A stretch of DNA of 32,000 bases from Pyrodictium abyssi. GTDB taxonomy: Archaea; Thermoproteota; Thermoprotei_A; Sulfolobales; Pyrodictiaceae. How positions within the stretch are numbered: the stretch's first letter is position 1; each line of letters begins with the position of its first letter. The stretch lies in assembly GCF_036323395.1 (NCBI RefSeq), contig NZ_AP028907.1:480001-512000 (forward strand). Reading direction: 5' to 3'. This document shows positions 15,892 to 22,805 of the stretch, one piece after another. The position numbers and the translations under genes were made by a program. Under the pieces are notes generated by a model that saw nothing but the letters and a program-made list of their open reading frames with translations, was not told where the DNA came from and did not search any database.

Positions 15892-17772
15892 TTGTACTGG
15901 GAGCCCGTGCTGTACCTAGCTCTGCTGTCCGAGGCTGTTGCGGCAGCACTTGCTATCCGCAGGGGGATGTGTGAGGGCTATGATAAACAGCTCGAGTCGA
16001 GCCCCATATACCGTGTAGGCTTTGTGCTTGTGTTGATGTCTTTTATCCTCGCTATGCGCTTCGACGTGATGGTGACAATACCCAGCCTTATGCTCCTAGC
16101 TTCCAGCCTAGCTGTACTAGCCGGAACCAGGCTCAGAGCCAGGATGAGCCCGGTTGAGGTACTTGGCTCGGCTATAGCGTTCTACTCTTTCGCACTTGCT
16201 TCACTTGCCGCCCGCGGCGCAGTGCTTGACATAGATCCGCGTGGTAAGGGGCTGCTGCCCTGGATTCTGGTGGCGCTTTCGGCTGGGCTAGGCCTCTTGT
16301 CGGCTCTATCTACGCTAGAGAAGCCCCGCAGGGGCATAGCTGCTTTCATGGGGCTGCTAAGCGGCGTGGGCCTCGTGGCTCTTGGCTACTGGCTGCTCAT
16401 AGAGACGCGTGTCGGAACGCCATTGTACAGTGATGCTCTAGGCTCTGCACTGCTTGCTCTGCTGCTCACCGGCGTCGCTATAGCATCTGGGCTGTCTCCG
16501 TACCTCGTCATGGCAGCTGGTATACTGGCCGGTCTCTTTGCTAGCCGCTCGCTACTGGCAGGCGGTGTGCCATACATCGCGTGTACTGGTAACTGTGGCT
16601 CGCTCGCTGTGGCGTGGCTTATCTTCTCGGTTATCGTGGCTCTGCCCCGGCTATACCTAGAGGCTGCTGAGATGCATGATAGGATACGCTCAGCGGACGT
16701 AAACGTGGCCCTATCACCCCCTGTGCTGGCATCTGCTTCAGTGCTTGCCGCTGGGATTGCAGCGTGGGTGGCGGCTCAAGGCACTGTGGGTATAGCCCCT
16801 ATGGCGGTCGTTGGTATACTTGCTGCAGCTGCTGCTGTCGGCTCTGCTGCCGTAGCTGTACTCCTCGTTGGGGGCGCTGTTGCTGTCTACAGCCCGGTGC
16901 TAGGCCTCATCGCGGCTGCTGCTGTAGCTCTTGTATTCACAGTGCTGCGGGGCCGAAGCATCGGCTTCTTCTCGGCCCCGAAGAGCGTCCTCCCCGGGCT
17001 ACTGCTCGTAGCCGTAGGGCTTGCAGCTGGAGGCTACATCGTCGCTACCCTGGGCCACGTGTCCGAAGCCAAGGCGTCTATTGAGGTGTCCGGCCTAGGC
17101 TCCCTGGCTCCCATACAGCCGCCGAGCGATGAAGCTACCCATGCGTTCTTCCAGCTCTACCTCGGCGTCAAGAACGAGACTATACTCTACGCTATCCTCG
17201 AGCCAACTGTGGGTGAAGAGGAGGCTCTAAGGATGGTTGAATTTGTCCATGCTATCAGGGTTGCTGCCGAGAAGAGAGGCATCCAGGACCCCTACAATAT
17301 AACCGAGCTTGACATACCACGCGAGATGCCGAGCCTGAAAGCGGTACTCGATGTTAATGGCATGCACGTCCCCGTGGAGATACCTGCCTCTAGTGTACTG
17401 TACGGCCATCCCTTCAATACTAGGGTCATCCAGGCTGGGCTAGACCTCGTCTCTGTAGGGCTTCCCGGTAATGCTACGAGCGCGCTGACTAGCGCCTACC
17501 TTGGTATGATCTCTGACCCGGGCCTCGTGGATGGGGATGCTCTGCGCTACTCCTTATTCGCGGCCATGGCTGTTAGCTGGAGGGAGACGGGCTCGCTCAA
17601 CATGACGGCTCAGCTGATGTTCGACATGTTGCTGGGCAACGTTTCCGGGTCCGGCACCGTAGTGGCGGGTGTTGATATTGCTAGGGCTCCGTTAGGGGTG
17701 CTAGCGCTAGCAGTATACGGGGCGTGTATAGTTGCCGCTCCCTTGGCTCCTATTTTTGCGCGCCGTAACTAA
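15892..17772 (+). CDS. Polytopic membrane protein with about 200-aa extracytoplasmic domain and C-terminal TM, unknown function
   Basis: 626 aa with a TTG start preceded by GGAGG (15883-15887). About 12 Ala/Leu/Gly-rich TM helices occupy the first 390 aa or so. A soluble domain with N-x-T/S sequons (NET, NIT, NAT, NMT, NVS) follows, then a terminal TM and ARRN. No heme or Fe-S motif is seen. Confidence 0.7.
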   Translation: MYWEPVLYLALLSEAVAAALAIRRGMCEGYDKQLESSPIYRVGFVLVLMSFILAMRFDVMVTIPSLMLLASSLAVLAGTRLRARMSPVEVLGSAIAFYSFALASLAARGAVLDIDPRGKGLLPWILVALSAGLGLLSALSTLEKPRRGIAAFMGLLSGVGLVALGYWLLIETRVGTPLYSDALGSALLALLLTGVAIASGLSPYLVMAAGILAGLFASRSLLAGGVPYIACTGNCGSLAVAWLIFSVIVALPRLYLEAAEMHDRIRSADVNVALSPPVLASASVLAAGIAAWVAAQGTVGIAPMAVVGILAAAAAVGSAAVAVLLVGGAVAVYSPVLGLIAAAAVALVFTVLRGRSIGFFSAPKSVLPGLLLVAVGLAAGGYIVATLGHVSEAKASIEVSGLGSLAPIQPPSDEATHAFFQLYLGVKNETILYAILEPTVGEEEALRMVEFVHAIRVAAEKRGIQDPYNITELDIPREMPSLKAVLDVNGMHVPVEIPASSVLYGHPFNTRVIQAGLDLVSVGLPGNATSALTSAYLGMISDPGLVDGDALRYSLFAAMAVSWRETGSLNMTAQLMFDMLLGNVSGSGTVVAGVDIARAPLGVLALAVYGACIVAAPLAPIFARRN

Positions 17773-17850
17773 ATTAAATGAATAATTGTTTGTGCTGAAT
17801 GTATCGATATTTTTGAGACAAAGGCTAAAAGTATTGTCAATGCTTTTTCC

Positions 17851-17857
17851 TATAAAA
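17851..17857 (+). promoter_or_regulatory. Putative TATA box of the 13-14-heme cytochrome gene
   Basis: TATAAAA lies 23-29 nt upstream of the ATG at 17880, inside a 107-nt AT-rich intergenic region. GGAGGGG at 17864-17870 could alternatively act as an SD. Confidence 0.45.
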
Positions 17858-17879
17858 CCGGCGGAGGGGTGAAGCCGCC

Positions 17880-19151
17880 ATGGACGCTAGGCAAGCTGCT
17901 AGAACAGTGGTAATAGTAGCTGTATTCTTAGTAGCGCTGCTAGGCTACTGGCGGCTGACGTTACCAGGCTACTTTGAAGGCATGAGCCTCTGTGGCGAGG
18001 GCTGCCATGTAACCAACACCCTCGACTACAAGAAGATTACACACCCGTTCTGGTGCATTGGCTGCCACGGATTCGGTGTCAAGAGCGAAATTATGCCGGG
18101 GATACCGCTGCAGCGAGACCCCGAGATAGAGATGCTTGTCGAGGAGCACGGTGAATGCGTCATGTGCCACAGTGTGCCCGGAGAATTCCACTGGAAGCAC
18201 ATCAACGCCACCGAGGAAGAACTAGCCAAACTAGGGCTAGAGCGTCCAGTGCAGTGTACAGACTGCCACACCACAGCCTATCACGGCGGCCACAAGGATA
18301 TGCCTAAAGACGACTCGTGTCTCAAGTGCCATGATACTGAGAAGCTCCATCCAGACATGAATAAGAAGCTTGTCTCAGCGTGTACCAAGTGCCACTCCGA
18401 GGAGCCCGCGGTAGACTGGACTGTGTTCAGAAAGGGCCAGCTGGGCTATGGCTTCGTAGCCGATGCTGGCCTAGCTCTAGCCTCCGACATAGGTGTCGTG
18501 AAGTCTGTGGCTCCTGGCTGCCTCCTATGCCATAACACGCCGGAGGCACAGGGGCACATAAAGCATGTAGGCAAGAAGTACGAGGGTAGAGAAGTAGACT
18601 GTCTCGATTGCCACAGGAACGATATACCGCACGGCGAGAAAGTGGGAACCAGTGTATGTCTCGACTGCCACCAGCCCGGTGAAGTAAAGTGCCACGATGT
18701 TAACTTCGAAGAGTATCTCGTCGACTGCTACAAGTGCCACGGCGGCTTCAAGCTCGCCAACGAGACGCTATACCTAACCGGAGTCGGGTGTAGGGGCTGC
18801 CACGCTGATACACTCAAGAAGATAACAAGCCTAGGACTACACCTCAAACACACAAAGTACTTCAACTGCGATAAGTGCCACGACATCGAATCTGGCAGCC
18901 ACAAAGCCTTCGTAGAGTCTGCCGGTGATGTGGAGAAGTGTCTAGAATGCCATACAGAGGCAGGAGGCGTAAAGCCAGAAGCACTCAAGGATATCAAATC
19001 CACGGTTGCGCTAACCTTCAGCGAGGACATAAAGCACGTAGACCTCGTGAAGAGGGCCGACGGTAACTGCTTCAAGTGCCACGATGAATGGTATGTCAGC
19101 GGCAAGCCCAAGGTATTCTACTACAAGGTGCAAGATAGTGATAAGGGCTAG
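17880..19151 (+). CDS. Membrane-anchored multiheme cytochrome c (13 CxxCH + 1 CxxxCH)
   Basis: 423 aa with an N-terminal TM (TVVIVAVFLVALLGYW). Motifs: CGEGCH (CX3CH, nt 17991-18008), then CIGCH, CVMCH, CTDCH, CLKCH, CTKCH, CLLCH, CLDCH, CLDCH, CYKCH, CRGCH, CDKCH, CLECH, CFKCH. About 29 His in total, enough for bis-His ligation of every heme. Confidence 0.92.
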   Translation: MDARQAARTVVIVAVFLVALLGYWRLTLPGYFEGMSLCGEGCHVTNTLDYKKITHPFWCIGCHGFGVKSEIMPGIPLQRDPEIEMLVEEHGECVMCHSVPGEFHWKHINATEEELAKLGLERPVQCTDCHTTAYHGGHKDMPKDDSCLKCHDTEKLHPDMNKKLVSACTKCHSEEPAVDWTVFRKGQLGYGFVADAGLALASDIGVVKSVAPGCLLCHNTPEAQGHIKHVGKKYEGREVDCLDCHRNDIPHGEKVGTSVCLDCHQPGEVKCHDVNFEEYLVDCYKCHGGFKLANETLYLTGVGCRGCHADTLKKITSLGLHLKHTKYFNCDKCHDIESGSHKAFVESAGDVEKCLECHTEAGGVKPEALKDIKSTVALTFSEDIKHVDLVKRADGNCFKCHDEWYVSGKPKVFYYKVQDSDKG

Positions 19152-19172
19152 CTTTTGCGCTACTTGTCCCGC

Positions 19173-19200
19173 CTTATGGTTAGAAACTTATGGTTAGAAA
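19173..19200. repeat. Perfect 14-bp tandem direct repeat (CTTATGGTTAGAAA x2)
   Basis: Read directly: 19173-19186 equals 19187-19200. It lies in the 80-nt gap between the multiheme gene stop (19151) and the next start (19232). Confidence 0.9.
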
Positions 19201-19231
19201 AGGATGTGTCCCCGGGGGTGCCGTGTAGGCC

Positions 19232-19978
19232 TTGAGCACGGTTAGGACCGAGGCCGCGGGTAGCCAGGCCCCCAGCTGGCTCCAGGAGCATCTGTGGCTC
19301 CGCCTACGCGCCTTATTCGACCTAGTGCTGCAGCTCAGCGTGCTCCGGCGCCGCCGTGATATAGGCGAATGGCTGGTTGTATGGCTTACATACCTGGGCA
19401 TAGTCGGCGCCATACTAATGGCCATAGTAACGGCTGCGACGAGGGGCGTAATCCTAGCCGCGAACACGGTTCTAAGGCCGCATGCGCTGCCGATAATCAG
19501 CCCAGAGCTCGAGAAGATATTCATAAGCTGGCCTCAGCTAGCCATAGGTATGGGGTACCACGCGCACATAATTACAGCGCTATACTTCGCAGCCCCAGCG
19601 TACACAGCCGCCTTCATCGCAGCCTTCCTGTTGAAGGACGAGTGGCTGCGCAAATTCCTATTCCCAAGGGGGATAAACATTAGGGATCTGTCTGACCACC
19701 TGCTGCTAGTGCTGAGCTTCGCCACGGCCGTCATGGTCGCGGTGATAGCGCCCAGGATGGCTGCTAGCGGTGCACTAGTGCCGGGGCTCCAGGCGCTAGC
19801 CCCGCATATAGCAGTAGGGACCTTCTGGATAATCTACTCCCTAGCGATACGCGGGCTGGCATACCGCATCGTCGGCGCGGCACTAGGACTGCTATACGTG
19901 GTGATCTTCAACCACTACCCGAGGGAGGCCTTCCGGGACCTGTTCGAGGAGGACCCCTGGGTAAGCCTACTACGCTAA
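19232..19978 (+). CDS. His-rich 5-TM membrane protein (candidate b-type cytochrome / quinol-interacting subunit; function unproven)
   Basis: 248 aa with a TTG start of uncertain position. About five TM helices carry His at or near the helix ends (GYHAHIITALYF, DHLLLVLSF, APHIAVGTFW, NHYP). It is co-oriented with and immediately downstream of the multiheme cytochrome. Confidence 0.55.
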   Translation: MSTVRTEAAGSQAPSWLQEHLWLRLRALFDLVLQLSVLRRRRDIGEWLVVWLTYLGIVGAILMAIVTAATRGVILAANTVLRPHALPIISPELEKIFISWPQLAIGMGYHAHIITALYFAAPAYTAAFIAAFLLKDEWLRKFLFPRGINIRDLSDHLLLVLSFATAVMVAVIAPRMAASGALVPGLQALAPHIAVGTFWIIYSLAIRGLAYRIVGAALGLLYVVIFNHYPREAFRDLFEEDPWVSLLR

Positions 19979-20232
19979 CAGGGTAGTGCCGAGCCCAATA
20001 GGCTGAATGGTTTTTGCACCCACGTATCCGCTTAAGCTAGGCGTGGCCCCACCTGTTCCCCTGTGCAGGTCCTCAGTATGCCTCCAGGGGCCCTTGTTTA
20101 CGCGGTAAGGGCTCATGATGTGTCTCTGGTTGTGCAGCCGCGAGCCTCTTAGCTGGTAGGGCCCACGGCTGTGCCTGGCACCAACTCCTCCCACCGGGGC
20201 CGGCTAGCTGCCTAGACAAGGGCTGTAGGGCT

Positions 20233-21315
20233 ATGCTGTGGTTTGTGCTCACGACTGGCGCCTGTAACCTGCGCTGTAGGTACTGCGGCGGCGGGTTCCC
20301 GGCCGAGTACTCTCCGCCGCGCCCCCTGTACCGGGCCGAGGAGCTCGTGGAGACCATTGCGCGGCTTGACCCGGACCCGGTGGTCTTCTTCTACGGGGGC
20401 GAGCCCTTGCTGAACCCGAGGCTGATAATGGAGGTAATGGACCTCCTGCCGGGGGCCAGGTACGGGATACAGACGAACGGCCTCCTCTACCGCCGGCTCC
20501 CCGAGGAGTACTGGGCGAGGTTCAGCCGTGTCCTCCTCAGCATAGACGGCGTCGAGAAGGTCACGGACAAGTGGAGGGGCCGGGGCGTCTACCGCCGCGT
20601 GCTGGAGGCCCTAGGGTTCCTCCTGGAGCTGCGTAGGCGCCGTGGCGGCCCCAGGGTCCTGGTCGCCAGGATGGCGGCGACCCGTGACACCGTGATAGAC
20701 CGTGACGTGCTCCACCTCCTCGGCCTCGGGTTCGACAAGGCCCACTGGCAGCTCGACGCTGTCTGGAGCGAGCCCTGGCCCCTAGGCGAGTGGGCCCGCG
20801 GGATATACCTCCCGGGGCTCCGGAGGCTCGCCGAGTGGGTCGCCCGGAGGCCCTGGGAGAGGCTCAGCAGGGTAGCCCCGTTCCACGGGATAGTCTCGGC
20901 GCTCTACAGCGGGGGCTACCGCTGGTACCCCTGCGGCGCTGGCCGCGGCGCGGTGGCGGTGAACACGGATGGGAGGATACTGGCGTGCCCGATAGCGGTC
21001 CGCGAGCAGTGGGCGGTGCTGGGTAGGCTGGGCGAGTGGAGCGGCAGGCTCGCGCCCAGCAGCATGCTGCCGGAGAGGTGCCGCCGGTGCAGCTACCTGC
21101 CCCTTTGCGGGGGCCGCTGCCTCTACGCCCAGCTGGAGTCGGATTACTGGCCCCGCGAGCTACTCGAGGAGCTGGACAGGGTGACCCGTAGGACTATAGA
21201 CATTGTTCTCTCGGTCGTGGTGCCGGCGGTGGAGAGGGCTGTGGAGAAAGGGCTTATGAGCCCGGGTGACGTCTTCTACGACCCCCTGGAGGAGTCCACC
21301 GAGGTCATACCCTAG
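20233..21315 (+). CDS. Radical SAM enzyme with C-terminal SPASM/twitch-type auxiliary cluster domain
   Basis: 360 aa. CNLRCRYC (CxxxCxxC, nt 20263-20286), GGEPLL. C-terminal Cys clusters YPCGAGRGAVAVNTDGRILACP and CRRCSYLPLCGGRC are typical of SPASM maturases and AhbD/NirJ-type enzymes. Confidence 0.85.
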   Translation: MLWFVLTTGACNLRCRYCGGGFPAEYSPPRPLYRAEELVETIARLDPDPVVFFYGGEPLLNPRLIMEVMDLLPGARYGIQTNGLLYRRLPEEYWARFSRVLLSIDGVEKVTDKWRGRGVYRRVLEALGFLLELRRRRGGPRVLVARMAATRDTVIDRDVLHLLGLGFDKAHWQLDAVWSEPWPLGEWARGIYLPGLRRLAEWVARRPWERLSRVAPFHGIVSALYSGGYRWYPCGAGRGAVAVNTDGRILACPIAVREQWAVLGRLGEWSGRLAPSSMLPERCRRCSYLPLCGGRCLYAQLESDYWPRELLEELDRVTRRTIDIVLSVVVPAVERAVEKGLMSPGDVFYDPLEESTEVIP

Positions 21316-22730
21316 GGCTGCTCGTCCTCGTCCCCGCAGGTCTCTACCGCCTTGTCGGCGTAGTAGACGGCCTGCTGCACCAGGTACTTGATGGGGCCTA
21401 GGTAGCGGCGGGGGTCGAGCTCCTCGTAGAGCCTGGTGAGGCCGAAGTACTTGCCTATCCTGGGGTCCTCAGCCGCCACCTCGTAGAGGGGCTTCCCGGT
21501 CCTCGCGGCCTTCTCGGCGAGCTCCTTGGCTATCCGGTAGGCCTCGGAGCGCTTCATGCCGAGCTCCCTTATCAGCAGGTTCATCAGCGCCTCCGCCATT
21601 ATGGCGCCGCGGCTCATCATGAGGTTCTCGTACATCCTCTCCGGGCTGAAGCGGAGCCTGCTTATCAGCTCCCAGGTGTCGTCGAGCATCTGGTCGATGG
21701 TCAGCAGGAGGTGTGGTATAATCACCCTCTCGGCGCTGCTGTTGCTGAGGTCGCGCTCGTGCCACAGTACTATGTTCTCGTAGAAGGCTAGTACTAGGCT
21801 CCGGGCTACCCGGGCGAGCCCGCTTATCCTCTCAGCGGTGACGGGGTTCGCCTTGTGGGGCATAGCGCTGCTGCCTAGCGTGCCGGTACGGTCCTCCCAC
21901 ATCTCCATTATCTCGGGCCTGGCCAGCTCCCGGACCTCGGTGGCGAAGCGGTCCAGCTGGCTCGCGAGGATGGCCAGGACCGAGGCTAGCTCGGCGAAGC
22001 CGTCGCGGGGCGCGACCTGCGTCGTTATGAGGTGGGGCTCGAGGCCCAGGTGCTGGCACACTATTTCGCGGATACGGAGCCCCTTGATGCCCCACGCGGC
22101 CATGGTGCCTACGGCGCCGCCTATCTTGGCGCGTATAGCCCTCTTCATAGCGTCGCAGAGCCGTTCGTGGCTCCGGGCTAGCTCGTAGACGTAGTTGGCC
22201 AGCTTGAAGCCGAGGGTTATGGGGAGGGCGTGCTGGCCGTGGGTACGCCCCACCATCACTATGTCCACGGTCTCCTCGGCCTTGGTGGCCAGGGCCTCGA
22301 TGACCTTAGCCAACTTGCTCTCGATGATTATGAGGGCCTCGCGGAGTGTCAGCGCCCACGCGGTGTCTATTATGTCGTTGCTTGTGGCGCCGTAGTGTAT
22401 CCACCGGGCGACCTCGTCCCCGCCCTTCTCGGCCAGCAGCTCTATGAGCGCTATAACCTCGTGGCCAGTCTTCTTCTCCCTCTCCGCTACCTCCTCCGGC
22501 GTTATCTTCTTCGCGGCCTCGCGTATCTTCACGGCGGCCTCGGGCGGGGCGAGCCCCACCTCAACGAGGGCGTCCATGAGCGCGATCTCGACGAGTATCA
22601 TGTTCTTGAGTATCTCGCTGCGGGAGAGGACGTACTTCATCTTGGGGCTTCCGTAGCGCCAGTCGAAGACGCAGACGGAGTCGGGGCAGCTCTTGTAGTA
22701 GATGTCCTCGTCGAAGCCTATCAGGGTCAA
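21312..22730 (-). CDS. purB: Adenylosuccinate lyase
   Basis: 472 aa. Fumarate-lyase signature GSSAMPHKANP, with overall length and N-terminal TSNDI-type segment (GATSNDIIDTA) typical of PurB. It shares an operon with purA. Confidence 0.9.
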   Translation of the reverse strand: MTLIGFDEDIYYKSCPDSVCVFDWRYGSPKMKYVLSRSEILKNMILVEIALMDALVEVGLAPPEAAVKIREAAKKITPEEVAEREKKTGHEVIALIELLAEKGGDEVARWIHYGATSNDIIDTAWALTLREALIIIESKLAKVIEALATKAEETVDIVMVGRTHGQHALPITLGFKLANYVYELARSHERLCDAMKRAIRAKIGGAVGTMAAWGIKGLRIREIVCQHLGLEPHLITTQVAPRDGFAELASVLAILASQLDRFATEVRELARPEIMEMWEDRTGTLGSSAMPHKANPVTAERISGLARVARSLVLAFYENIVLWHERDLSNSSAERVIIPHLLLTIDQMLDDTWELISRLRFSPERMYENLMMSRGAIMAEALMNLLIRELGMKRSEAYRIAKELAEKAARTGKPLYEVAAEDPRIGKYFGLTRLYEELDPRRYLGPIKYLVQQAVYYADKAVETCGDEDEQP

Positions 22731-22805
22731 GGCGTAGGGGCACCTCCCGCGGGGTCCAGGTGCCTAGGAGCATGGCGGCCCACAAACATGTGTGGCGGTG
22801 ATGGG

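Noticed and set aside
4705-17779. Shared 9-mer AAATTAAAT upstream of three genes (minus strand at 4705-4713; plus strand at 13584-13592 and 17771-17779) as a specific regulatory motif
   Set aside because: It is an AT-only string inside AT-rich promoter blocks and fits a generic archaeal TATA/BRE-like element. Its distances to the start codons differ (about 25, 64 and 109 nt), so a specific shared operator is not supported.
18665-18685. Extra KCH (GEVKCHD) in the multiheme protein as a 15th heme site
   Set aside because: No partner cysteine lies at CX2-4 spacing upstream. The nearest Cys belongs to the preceding CLDCH motif, so it is not counted as a heme-binding motif.
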